Shown: piece by piece, positions 1 to 9,436 of the stretch
How the letters are laid out: each line of letters starts with the position of its first letter
Numbering within the stretch: the stretch's first letter is position 1
Assembly: GCA_021797745.1 (NCBI GenBank)
Contig: JAJZZD010000001.1
Location: 128,468 to 192,467 of the forward strand
Reading direction: 5' to 3'
DNA length: 64,000 bases
Source: Candidatus Micrarchaeota archaeon
Lineage (GTDB): Archaea; Micrarchaeota; Micrarchaeia; Micrarchaeales; CABMGC01
Translations under genes and position numbers: made by a program
Notes under the pieces: model-generated
Told to the model about the DNA's origin: nothing
What the model saw: only the letters and a program-made list of their open reading frames with translations
Databases searched by the model: none

Positions 1-599
1 AAGCGTTGGAGCACCATTCCGAAAGCCCCGAAGCCCTCTACGCGCATCCTGGCGGATTAATTGTAATAGAGCCATCCACCCCTTACGATGCAAAAGGACT
101 TCTTATCAAGGCCTGCAGAACAAATGACCCTGTTCTCTTCCTTGAGCCTACGCGTCTTTACAGGCTTTTCAAGCAAGACATTCCAGAAGATGCATACGAG
201 ATTCCTATAGGAAAGGCAAATGTTGTCGAAGAAGGAAGCGATCTAACTATAATTACATACGGGACAATGGTGACGGTTGTAAAAGATGCCGTAGCAAAGA
301 AGAACGTAAGCGCAGAGATACTCGATTTAAGGACGATAAACCCTCTCGATACAGAAGCAATACTTGCAGCGGCAAAGAAGACAGGAAAAGTGATGATAGT
401 TCACGAAGCCGAAAAAAGTTTCGGAGTTGGAGCCGAGGTAGCGGCCATGCTTGCTGAAAAGGCATTATACAACTTGGATGCGCCAATAATAAGGGTTGCG
501 GGCCCCAGCATGCCATATCCGTTTCCCGGCTATGAAAAATACTACACGCCTAACGTAGCAAAGGTAGTGCAGGGAATTGAAAAACTGTTGTCTCAATAA
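1..599 (+). CDS. 2-oxoacid (pyruvate/branched-chain) dehydrogenase E1 component beta subunit, C-terminal part; 5' end lies outside the window
   Basis: Reading frame is open from the window edge (ORF 6..599). Shows E1-beta-like C-terminal motifs (LFLEPTRLY, DLRTINPLD, VHEA..FGVGAEV). Sits directly upstream of the E2 and E3 genes. Confidence 0.85.
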   Translation, partial: ALEHHSESPEALYAHPGGLIVIEPSTPYDAKGLLIKACRTNDPVLFLEPTRLYRLFKQDIPEDAYEIPIGKANVVEEGSDLTIITYGTMVTVVKDAVAKKNVSAEILDLRTINPLDTEAILAAAKKTGKVMIVHEAEKSFGVGAEVAAMLAEKALYNLDAPIIRVAGPSMPYPFPGYEKYYTPNVAKVVQGIEKLLSQ

Positions 600-688
600 A
601 AACAACTGTCAAATGGTCGAACGAACGCAAGATAAGTATTTACGCATCAGATGTAAATGGATGCAAATCAACAATTGAGTTGAAAATA

Positions 689-1969
689 ATGAAGGAAATA
701 AAGTTTGTGGATGTCGGGGAAGGCATAACTGAAGGTCAGATAGTTAAATGGCTTGTCAAAGACAAAGATAATGTCAAAGAAGACCAGGCGGTAGCTCAGG
801 TCGAGACTGACAAAGCCGTGGTGAATGTTCCGGCGCCAATAGCCGGCATAATAAAAATCGACATGCCTGAAAAATCAGTTTTGCACTTGGGAAATACGCT
901 TGCACACATAGGAACGCAGCAGGAAATTTCAACGCTGGAAAGTTCTGGCAATATTCCAAAGCAGGAAATGCAAGCCGGACAGACAGTAAACAAAGGTGAA
1001 AAATACCTGCATGAAATATCAGAAAACCCAGAAATAGAGTCAATGGAAGGGAAACATGAAATACTTGCTGCCCCTTCAGTAAGAAAGCTTGCGCGTGACA
1101 TGAACGTGGATCTGTCTAAGGTAAAAGGAACAGGGCCTGCCGGAAGAATATTGGAAAACGACATCAGGAATTTTGTTGGCACATCAGGTACTAGTCCTGC
1201 AGCCAAACCAGTGTCAGAAAAAGCACTTCCGAATTTCTCTGGTGCGCTGGAAATGCAGCATGCAGGAGAAATAGAACGAATTCCGCTGTCGCAGACGAGA
1301 AGAGCCATCGCAAGAAACATGGAGGCTTCTGCAACAATACCTAGGGCTGCCCACATGGACCTTGTAGACGCGAGCGCATTATATGCGCTCGTCAGCAAGG
1401 AAAAGCAGGAAATGGAAAAGGACATGAGCATAAAACTAACGTTCATGCCTTTCGTCATCAAGGCGGTGATAGAAGCGCTCAAGGAAAACCCTAATTTCAA
1501 CGCCAGCTACGACTCTGAACGGCTCGAGATAATAAAAAAGAATTATTACAACATAGGAATAGCAGCAGAGGCAAAAGACGGATTAAAGGTAATTGTTGTG
1601 AAAAATGCAGACAAGAAGACTATAGCCGCGCTTGCCAAAGAACTTCAGGAATTAAGGAAAAAACTCGACAGCAATACAATAACATTAGATGAGATGAAGG
1701 ACAGCACATTTACCATAACAAACATAGGAAGCCTCGGCGGCGGCTTTCTGTCAGTTCCGATGATAAACTATCCCGACGTGGCGATACTAGGCATACATCT
1801 TATAAGGGATTGGCCAATTGTGGAAAACGGTGAAGTAAAAGTCGGTAAGATACTTCCGATCTCGCTCGCGTTTGACCACAGGGTTGTTGACGGAGCAGAA
1901 GCAGTTAAGTTCGGTAACGCATTCAAGAAATACATAGAGGATCCTGAGTTTCTCGAGATGTTAGGATAG
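689..1969 (+). CDS. Dihydrolipoamide acyltransferase (E2 component of a 2-oxoacid dehydrogenase complex)
   Basis: N-terminal lipoyl domain with lipoyl-lysine motif VETDKAVV, a peripheral subunit-binding segment (APSVRKLARDMNVDLSKVKGTGPAGRI), and a catalytic domain with DHRVVDG. ATG 689 preferred over TTG 680. Confidence 0.9.
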   Translation: MKEIKFVDVGEGITEGQIVKWLVKDKDNVKEDQAVAQVETDKAVVNVPAPIAGIIKIDMPEKSVLHLGNTLAHIGTQQEISTLESSGNIPKQEMQAGQTVNKGEKYLHEISENPEIESMEGKHEILAAPSVRKLARDMNVDLSKVKGTGPAGRILENDIRNFVGTSGTSPAAKPVSEKALPNFSGALEMQHAGEIERIPLSQTRRAIARNMEASATIPRAAHMDLVDASALYALVSKEKQEMEKDMSIKLTFMPFVIKAVIEALKENPNFNASYDSERLEIIKKNYYNIGIAAEAKDGLKVIVVKNADKKTIAALAKELQELRKKLDSNTITLDEMKDSTFTITNIGSLGGGFLSVPMINYPDVAILGIHLIRDWPIVENGEVKVGKILPISLAFDHRVVDGAEAVKFGNAFKKYIEDPEFLEMLG

Positions 1970-1994
1970 AAAGCAAAAATTCATTGATGATATA

Positions 1995-3374
1995 ATGGTG
2001 ATGGGAGAGCTGCCTGAACGCGTTGATTTGGCAGTAGTCGGCGGAGGAGTGGGAGGATACGTCGCAGCGATACGTGCAGCGCAGCTTGGCATGAATGTTG
2101 CTATAGTCGAAAAGGAAAAGATGGGTGGACACTGCCTCAACTACGCGTGCATACCGTCCAAGACGCTGATAAAAATCGCAGACATGTTCTACGAAATTCA
2201 ACATTCCGAGAAATTTGGCATACATGTGGATTCAGCCACGATTAATCCGCAGGAAATGTACGACTGGCGCATAGCAGCATCAAAGAAACTAGAAACTGGG
2301 GTGGAATTCCTCTGCAAGCAGTACGGTATAGAAATAATAAAGGACACTGGCACGTTCGTGTCGTCGAATTCCCTACAGATGACGAACGGAACGAGCCTCG
2401 AGTTCAAGCATGCGATAATAGCAACAGGTTCAGAACCGGTCGAGCTGAAGGGTTTTGAGTTCGGTGGCAATGTTATCGATTACAAGAAGGCGCTTTTGCT
2501 GCAAACTATACCGAAAAGTATGGCGATAATCGGCGCGGGTTATGTCGCGGTAGAAGTAGGCACACTCTACGCAAAGCTCGGCAGCAAAGTTCACATAATA
2601 GCAAGGTCTGATGTTTTGTCGCATTTCGACAGGGACGCTGTTGAAATAGTAAAAAAAAGGATGCAGGAGCTGGGGATAATTTTGCACCTCGGTGCCAATC
2701 CCATTTCACATGATTCCAGTTCGCTGACACTAAGCAATGGCGAAAAAATAGAGTGCGAGATAATAGTAGCTGCAGTGGGACTCGCCCCTTATACTAAAAA
2801 TTTAGGATTGGAAAACACGAAAGTGCAGTTGGACGAAAAAGGTTTTATTAAAGTAGATAAATCCTTGAAAACCGCAGATGCCAGTATGCTGGCAATCGGT
2901 GACGTGGCAAACGAACCGATGCTTGCGCACAAGGCGATGAGGCAAGCGGTGGTAGCCGCGGAAGTTGCATCTGGAATGAATTCAGTATATGACAGCGTAG
3001 TTCCATCAGTGATATTTTCAGACCCCGAGATTGCGGTTGCAGGAAAGCTCGACGAAGAAGGAACAGAAGTAACTAAGTTTCCTTTCTCTGCGCTCGGTCG
3101 TTCAATCGCTCTCGACAAAACAAAAGGTTTCGTCAAAATAGCATATGACACTGACAATGTAGTGAAAGGAGTAGAAATAGTGGGCGAAGATGCAAGCACC
3201 ATGATAGCAGAGGCAGTATTGGCGATAGAAATGGGCGCAGTTCTTGAGGACATTGCAGAGTCAATACATCCGCATCCAACATACAGCGAAGCACTGCAGG
3301 AAGCTGCGGAAGCCGCGCTTGGCAGGCCTGTACACTTCTTCTACGGAAATAAAAAACAGAAAGGTCAAACATAA
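1995..3374 (+). CDS. lpdA: Dihydrolipoamide dehydrogenase (E3)
   Basis: FAD-binding motif VVGGGVGGYVAA, redox-active disulfide GGHCLNYACIPSK, second Rossmann motif IIGAGYVAVE, C-terminal HPHPT interface motif. Operon context with E1/E2. Confidence 0.9.
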   Translation: MVMGELPERVDLAVVGGGVGGYVAAIRAAQLGMNVAIVEKEKMGGHCLNYACIPSKTLIKIADMFYEIQHSEKFGIHVDSATINPQEMYDWRIAASKKLETGVEFLCKQYGIEIIKDTGTFVSSNSLQMTNGTSLEFKHAIIATGSEPVELKGFEFGGNVIDYKKALLLQTIPKSMAIIGAGYVAVEVGTLYAKLGSKVHIIARSDVLSHFDRDAVEIVKKRMQELGIILHLGANPISHDSSSLTLSNGEKIECEIIVAAVGLAPYTKNLGLENTKVQLDEKGFIKVDKSLKTADASMLAIGDVANEPMLAHKAMRQAVVAAEVASGMNSVYDSVVPSVIFSDPEIAVAGKLDEEGTEVTKFPFSALGRSIALDKTKGFVKIAYDTDNVVKGVEIVGEDASTMIAEAVLAIEMGAVLEDIAESIHPHPTYSEALQEAAEAALGRPVHFFYGNKKQKGQT

Positions 3375-3444
3375 TTTTTGATTTATTTGGCGTATCGTTT
3401 ACGCGGATGAACAAAACTAATGCTTTCGAAACGGCATTATTCTT

Positions 3445-4770
3445 TCAGCGCCTTCCCGAGTATCTCCTGTATGAATTGTGCCTGTCAGGGTCGTAACCGC
3501 GGTGCGGCCTGTTCCTGAATCCCCTGTGTTCTCCATGCTCCCCATGGCCTCCCTGTTCGCCCCTCCTGCCGTTTCTTTCGCTTCCGAAGCCCCTTGCGTT
3601 TGTGCGCCTGTCCCTGCTGAATATCTTGGCATACTTGAACTTGGTTGCGTCGATATCAATCTTTTCGATTTTTATGTTGTTTATGTCCTCTATGTCCCTT
3701 ATCATGTCATGCTGGTTTGCAGTGATTAAGCTGAACGCTCTGCCGTTAGCGTTCATCCTTGCAGACCTGCCCACCCTGTGCAGGTATATCACCGGGTCGT
3801 CAGGAAGGTCGAAATTTATTATGTCAGAAACGCCCTGAATGTCAAGCCCGCGCGCAGCTATGTTTGTTGCTATCAGCAGCCTGGCTCCTCTCTTGAATGC
3901 CTTGATGGCTCCCTCTCTCTTGGCCTGGGTTATGTTGCCGTGTATTATCACTGATTCTATACCCTGCCTGTTCAGCGCCTCGTGTATTTCATCTGCTGCG
4001 TATTTGGTGTGCGCGAAAACTATTGCTTTCGTGGGATTGTACTTGTCAAGGTATGCCAAAAGAGTCGCGAATTTCATGAATTTTTCACACTCTGTGTAAT
4101 AGTGCTTAACTCCGACTGCGACCAATTGCTCCTCATTTCCAATCTTCATGTATTCAAATTCTTTCATGTTCTTCTTTGCCACTTCTATTATTCTCTCAGG
4201 CATAGTGGCAGAGAAAAGCATAGTCTGTCTTGTGCTCGGTGTTTTCGATATTATCCTTTCTATGTCATCGATGAAACCCATGTCGAGCATTGTATCGCCT
4301 TCGTCGAGAACAAGGAATTTTATGTGCTCAAGCCGCAGGGCGCCCCTTTCTACGAGGTCCAGTATCCTTCCTGGAGTGCCAACGACTATCTCAGGGTGCC
4401 TGTCCAAATTGTCCATCTGGACGTTTATCGAAGCAGCTCCGTAAACAACTGTGACGCTTTCGCGCTTGTTTATCAATTTCGACGCTACGTCAGCTATCTG
4501 AAGCGCTAGCTCCCTTGTCGGAACTACTATCAGCGCGCATGGGTCGCTACCGCTCACGATTTTCTGAACTATGGGAATCAGAAACGCCGCCGTTTTGCCT
4601 GTTCCAGTTTTTGCCCTTACTATGATATCTTTCCCTGTTAGCGCTATTGGAATTACTTGTTCCTGTACTTCCGTAGGAGCGACGAAATTCATCCTTCGAA
4701 GTGCATCCAAAAGCTCAGGCTTCAGTCCCATGTCTGTAAAATATTTCAAACTTACACCGAAATTTAGCAA
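3445..4770 (-). CDS. DEAD-box RNA helicase (motif II variant DEGD) with an Arg/Gly-rich C-terminal tail
   Basis: Q-motif region (F..APTEVQ), AKTGTGKT, PTRELA, TPGR, DEGD, SAT, ARGLD, HRVGRSAR. TTG start at 4770 is needed to keep the Q-motif Phe. Confidence 0.9.
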   Translation of the reverse strand: MLNFGVSLKYFTDMGLKPELLDALRRMNFVAPTEVQEQVIPIALTGKDIIVRAKTGTGKTAAFLIPIVQKIVSGSDPCALIVVPTRELALQIADVASKLINKRESVTVVYGAASINVQMDNLDRHPEIVVGTPGRILDLVERGALRLEHIKFLVLDEGDTMLDMGFIDDIERIISKTPSTRQTMLFSATMPERIIEVAKKNMKEFEYMKIGNEEQLVAVGVKHYYTECEKFMKFATLLAYLDKYNPTKAIVFAHTKYAADEIHEALNRQGIESVIIHGNITQAKREGAIKAFKRGARLLIATNIAARGLDIQGVSDIINFDLPDDPVIYLHRVGRSARMNANGRAFSLITANQHDMIRDIEDINNIKIEKIDIDATKFKYAKIFSRDRRTNARGFGSERNGRRGEQGGHGEHGEHRGFRNRPHRGYDPDRHNSYRRYSGRR

Positions 4771-4966
4771 AAGAAACAGAAACAGCTACACAAATTTTTA
4801 GTTGCTTACTGAACTTTGCACATATGAGATGTACAATCTCATATTTAAGGCTTTGCAAACATCAGTCGCAGCAGCTTTCACATGACCTGACATTTCCTTA
4901 GAAATACTTAAATACCTCTGAAAAAGTTATTTATCAAGGATTAACGGGACAAAATGTAATGATAGC

Positions 4967-7582
4967 ATGCCTAGGATAAAACAACCAAAAATAAACCCTG
5001 ATGGGTTAGATGAGACTGTCAAGCAGATGCGGGAGTTAGTCAACGCAAGCAAGCCGCATCCGAAAAAGACAATGCTTCATTATGCCAAAGAACTTTCAAA
5101 TTTAGCGGAAAATACAATAACAATTACAGTAACCGGCTTAACTTCTACATACGAAGCAGCAGTAGAGTCGCCAATAGTTCGTAGTTTTGTCACTGCGCCT
5201 CAAGCCTTTCTGTACAGTTTAGACAGTTTCAATACAGCTGCAAATAAAGAAATCGGCAGATTTTTTAAAGGAATTAACAAATCTACAGTAGAAGGTGCTC
5301 AAGCTATAGAGGAGACGCTTTATGAAGTTGTTACATCCGGCCAGGAAACTATGCAAAAAATATTCAAAGTGTCAGAAACTGCAGGTCAGAGTTTCATAAA
5401 TATGCCTAATCGCTTACTTGATTCAGTTGACGGCTTTAACAGGGAAGCAAATAAACAGATTACAGAAATGATGCAAGTTATCGCAGCTAATGTTAGTGAA
5501 ACAACGGCAACTGGTGTTGATGCCATTAAAGAAATGGTCGATCATGTGTCTGAAAACGCTAACCATGCCTTGGGCGACTTTTCTAAATCAACAAAGCGTT
5601 TTGCTAGACGCTCTGCAAAAGCTTCGAAGAAAGCGCTATCCACGATATCAAATGTCACCTACGAATTCGCCGAACTGGCAGGTCTTTCTGCATACGGTAT
5701 GAATAAAAGCGTAAACGGCATTTTTAATGCGGCGGTAAATAAGCCCATTGAAGCAGTATCTCTCGGCGTATCTTCTTCTGCGTCTGTATTCTCGGAAGGA
5801 TTTGCTAAAATAGCAAAACAGGTAGTAAACATGCCGCAGCAGTTTCTAGATGGTGCTGACGAATCAAATGCTCGAATTAACTCGGCGATTGGGCCATTAG
5901 TCGAAACTGCAAAGAAGCGTTTAGGTAATGGCGTAGATTACGTAACAGGAAAAGTTAGTAGTGGCGTTCAAAACGGCGTTCAAATTGCATCAACCAATTT
6001 GCTATACTATTTGTCTAAACGAAATCCAGTCTTAGCGGTAATTTCCGGCTTTCCTACTCATTCCGCAACCAAAGAAACGCCTAACTCTGCAACCGACAAA
6101 AAATCTAGAATAAGCAAAACGGTTGCTAATAATAAAGTGAGTACAAACAAAACAGCAGTGGCTTTTTCAGAACCTATGACTTTGTGGCAACAGTCGCCAG
6201 TTCCAAATAATGCAAGCTACAATCCCAACGGATATACTCACTTGCTGTCAAACCTGACTTTTTCGGTCTCAAGATCCTCAAGTATGCCTCAGTTAGATAA
6301 TCTTATACAAAAAACAGAAGAAATTGTCGTCTTTTTGCGGAACATGGGCTTGCCGTATAAAGAAATGCAGACTCTTATAAATACGCTAAAAAAAGAAAAC
6401 TCTGGAAATGAAGATCGCGCAAGCTTGAATGAATTTACCACCGAATACGCGGAGAAAATTAAAAGCCTATTAAACGATACGCTTGCTGTTCTAACAAACC
6501 AAAAAGTAGAGCCATACACTAAAGTGTATATGCTTGAAGGAACAATAGCAAAAATTACTAAGCTTATGAATGAAGAAATCGACAACTCCAGTACAGCAAA
6601 TTTTGATTTAATATACCAAGCTTACGATCATGTAAAAACGTCAGAAAAACTTAGGCAACTGCTTGAGATGCAAACGAATAGTGGATTTACTCGACGCAGC
6701 ATAAAAGCGCTTAAAGCGCGTGTTTTGGGCAAGACGGATTTAGAACGCGAAGTAAGGTTCTTAGAGGATAATAACAATGACCTGGTTTCCGCACTTAAGC
6801 AGGGAGTTGAAAGCGCCACAAACAAAAGGGTGACTAGGATACTTTCAGTTATGCTAAACAATGCACTTGCAAACCTTCCTAATGGAATATTGCCTGCAGC
6901 AAGTGCGCTTAATCCTGAAAACATCGTTGTATTGAGTGCAACTGCCACGAATAAACTGCAACAGAAAAGCGTACAGACACAGCAAGGAAAATCAGCCGAA
7001 ACAATGCCTGAGCTAAATGAGAACTTTAATAGTATTAATAAAGATACGGTTGTTAATGCGCCGCTTGCTTCACTGAAAAATACAAAAAGAACAACATTAG
7101 ACGAAGAATTTTCAAATCATATGAGACACATATCTGAGCTTAACACCAAATTTAGCAAGAAAGCTTTGGAGGAAATAAATTTCAAGACTATTGCCATTGC
7201 AAAAGCAGCACGAAATCTCGGTATGTCGGCTGAAGAAATACAAAAAAAGATGGATGCAATTAAAACTGCGTTAGAGACAAATAAAAAGTTAAATGTGAAC
7301 ATGCAAGATATTGATAAACTCTCATTTGGCGACGATGGAATATCGAGAGATTCAGAAGGCAAAATAATTGTAAATAATCACTATGTGATAATAAGCGAGG
7401 AAAAACCAGCCGGTTGGACGGGCGGAGATTACGATTTTTGGAAGCAACTTCACAAAAAACCGATATACGGAGGTTCTGTAGAGCCGGAAGCTGAGGAAAA
7501 AGCTGAAGGACAGCAAAAACAAGCCGACCATCGACAGCTTACTGCTCCATTCGGCGTCCCTGTTGACCCTGCGATTAGGTGA
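4967..7582 (+). CDS. Large hypothetical protein (871 aa): helical-repeat N-terminal third, polar linker, coiled-coil-like C-terminal half
   Basis: Long uninterrupted ORF. Internal repeats share the motif (D)xFN(T/R)(A/E)ANK(E/Q)I. No TM segment, signal peptide or recognisable catalytic motif. Confidence 0.7.
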   Translation: MPRIKQPKINPDGLDETVKQMRELVNASKPHPKKTMLHYAKELSNLAENTITITVTGLTSTYEAAVESPIVRSFVTAPQAFLYSLDSFNTAANKEIGRFFKGINKSTVEGAQAIEETLYEVVTSGQETMQKIFKVSETAGQSFINMPNRLLDSVDGFNREANKQITEMMQVIAANVSETTATGVDAIKEMVDHVSENANHALGDFSKSTKRFARRSAKASKKALSTISNVTYEFAELAGLSAYGMNKSVNGIFNAAVNKPIEAVSLGVSSSASVFSEGFAKIAKQVVNMPQQFLDGADESNARINSAIGPLVETAKKRLGNGVDYVTGKVSSGVQNGVQIASTNLLYYLSKRNPVLAVISGFPTHSATKETPNSATDKKSRISKTVANNKVSTNKTAVAFSEPMTLWQQSPVPNNASYNPNGYTHLLSNLTFSVSRSSSMPQLDNLIQKTEEIVVFLRNMGLPYKEMQTLINTLKKENSGNEDRASLNEFTTEYAEKIKSLLNDTLAVLTNQKVEPYTKVYMLEGTIAKITKLMNEEIDNSSTANFDLIYQAYDHVKTSEKLRQLLEMQTNSGFTRRSIKALKARVLGKTDLEREVRFLEDNNNDLVSALKQGVESATNKRVTRILSVMLNNALANLPNGILPAASALNPENIVVLSATATNKLQQKSVQTQQGKSAETMPELNENFNSINKDTVVNAPLASLKNTKRTTLDEEFSNHMRHISELNTKFSKKALEEINFKTIAIAKAARNLGMSAEEIQKKMDAIKTALETNKKLNVNMQDIDKLSFGDDGISRDSEGKIIVNNHYVIISEEKPAGWTGGDYDFWKQLHKKPIYGGSVEPEAEEKAEGQQKQADHRQLTAPFGVPVDPAIR

Positions 7583-7641
7583 CAATTTAACGGCGCTTAA
7601 TTTTCATAATTAAGCAGCAGGTCAAACACCAGAATTAAATG

Positions 7642-7962
7642 CTAAATTTCGACAGATAGCTCTCCAGTAGTTTCATCCGTAATTATTTTATACTCTTGAG
7701 TATCTTTGACCCACGGTGTATTCGAGTTAGCTTTTCCTGTCATTATATTGAATCTTCCATGGTGCCAGGGACATATTATTTCATCCTGCTCCACTTTGCC
7801 TTCATCCAACGGACCTCCTTTGTGCGTGCATATTGCGTTTATCGCGTAAACTTTGCCTTTGTGCAGTATTACTGCAATCGCCTTGCCGCCTATCTCGACC
7901 TTCTTCGGAACGTCCTCATGAAGGTCGCTTTTCTTTACCGACAGTTTTTCCATAGTCATCAT
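7642..7962 (-). CDS. Rieske [2Fe-2S] domain ferredoxin-like protein
   Basis: CTHKGGPL ... CPWHHGRF, i.e. the C-x-H / C-x-x-H Rieske ligand pairs, in a 106 aa protein. Confidence 0.85.
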   Translation of the reverse strand: MMTMEKLSVKKSDLHEDVPKKVEIGGKAIAVILHKGKVYAINAICTHKGGPLDEGKVEQDEIICPWHHGRFNIMTGKANSNTPWVKDTQEYKIITDETTGELSVEI

Positions 7963-7989
7963 ATCACTTTCTAAATATCTTTTTTAGTT

Positions 7990-9027
7990 TCACCTGCTTT
8001 CCTGATTCTTTTTTATTAAATAGTTTTCGTATTTTATCGAGTTGCTATACAGCTTGTCGAATCTTGCCTTTGCCTCAGACAGTTTTATCCTTGTCACATG
8101 CTCGCTCTTCTTGTTTATTATGTTGAACGGCGGTATCTTGTATGCCTGACTGTCATCGAATATGAACCGCTCGTGCTGCTCGGAACTATCCGAATCGCTC
8201 ATTATGGCAAGATTTACCTCAGTGCCTGAGGCGCTCAGCTCCTTTTTAAGGTCGTTGTAGTTGTCGTTGAAATTCGAGTCGAACATCGATGTGGATGTGA
8301 GTATATCTATCTTTTTAATGTTTGAAACATTTGTTTCTATGAGCCGATAAAGATTTTCTACCGCGGCAGAGTTGAAGTGCTTATCTACTATTTTAACCTC
8401 GCCGGAAAGGTTTGAGAACACGGCATCCCTTAGCTTCATTATGTTTGCAAACGGCTTTTCAGGATCCATGAAAACATTCCTTCCTGTGCCCAACGCTCTT
8501 TGTATGGGTATGTGCGTCAAGAATGCCGTGTAAATATCTACAACTATGGCCAATAGCATTGTGAAATATATCGAATACGCAAAAAACGTGCTCAGGCTTA
8601 TGTTAAATCCTGAAAATATCACAAAATATACCGCAACGTAGAAGAACGACATTACTGTATGCAGTAGCGAGAACCGTTTTATGTCAAACCCAAAAACGTT
8701 GCTCCTTTTAAGGTAAATTATTATTGATGTCCCTATCATGATTATGGCTATTCCGAAGAGAATGTAAGTGGTTAATATCGCAGTATGCAGCGAATTCAAC
8801 TCCAGCGGGGTCGGCAGGAAACTTTGGGTTGCATTGGCTCCAAGCGCGCGGCTTTGCAGCGTTGCTCCTACTCCTATTCCATAAGCAATCCCGTAGTTTG
8901 CTGAAAGGACGTCGGAAACGTATATTGCAAATAGCGCCAGTACGAAAGAGGCAATGCCCCCTAATATTATTGCATACTTCCGCGTTTCCTTTTCCTCTCT
9001 ATTCTGCGTCATCCAATCCCTTATCAT
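7990..9027 (-). CDS. Membrane protein (about 4 TM helices) with a C-terminal soluble PLD-fold-like (MIT_C-like) domain
   Basis: Hydrophobic helices in the N-terminal 180 aa. C-terminal pattern VKIVDKHF..ENLYRLIE..IKKIDILTST...HERFIFDD..AYKIPPFNI. Confidence 0.6.
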   Translation of the reverse strand: MIRDWMTQNREEKETRKYAIILGGIASFVLALFAIYVSDVLSANYGIAYGIGVGATLQSRALGANATQSFLPTPLELNSLHTAILTTYILFGIAIIMIGTSIIIYLKRSNVFGFDIKRFSLLHTVMSFFYVAVYFVIFSGFNISLSTFFAYSIYFTMLLAIVVDIYTAFLTHIPIQRALGTGRNVFMDPEKPFANIMKLRDAVFSNLSGEVKIVDKHFNSAAVENLYRLIETNVSNIKKIDILTSTSMFDSNFNDNYNDLKKELSASGTEVNLAIMSDSDSSEQHERFIFDDSQAYKIPPFNIINKKSEHVTRIKLSEAKARFDKLYSNSIKYENYLIKKNQESR

Positions 9028-9436
9028 CTAAGCAGTTTCTGCTTTAACCTTTTAATAACATGCAGAATCACTTATTATGCATTTCAGCTATCCATTTAAC
9101 TGGGCTCACGGAGGCTGCGTGCATGCTCGCTATAAACTCTGTCAAAAGATCTCGAAAGAGACGGCTCAGCCGGCAGATAAAACAGATCATTTGCATGTTG
9201 CAGTGATTGCACGATGCAGAGGAAGCCTGTGCCATTTACGGATAAGAAGATGTCACGATATGTACTGACGCATTTTGAACATATTGCTTATGTATTGCTT
9301 ATGCATTGCTTATTCAAATGTCCATATTTTGAAGGTCATTTGAACGCGTCCATTTGGCTCCGGCTGTGCCTTTCGGTTTATGCGGAGCTACGCAGAGCTA
9401 TTGCGATATATTATGGCATTGTTTTGGCATATATTT

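Noticed and set aside
796-1500. 234 aa ORF on the minus strand
   Set aside because: It lies entirely antisense to the well-supported E2 acyltransferase gene and has a Ser/Phe/Cys-rich shadow-frame composition.
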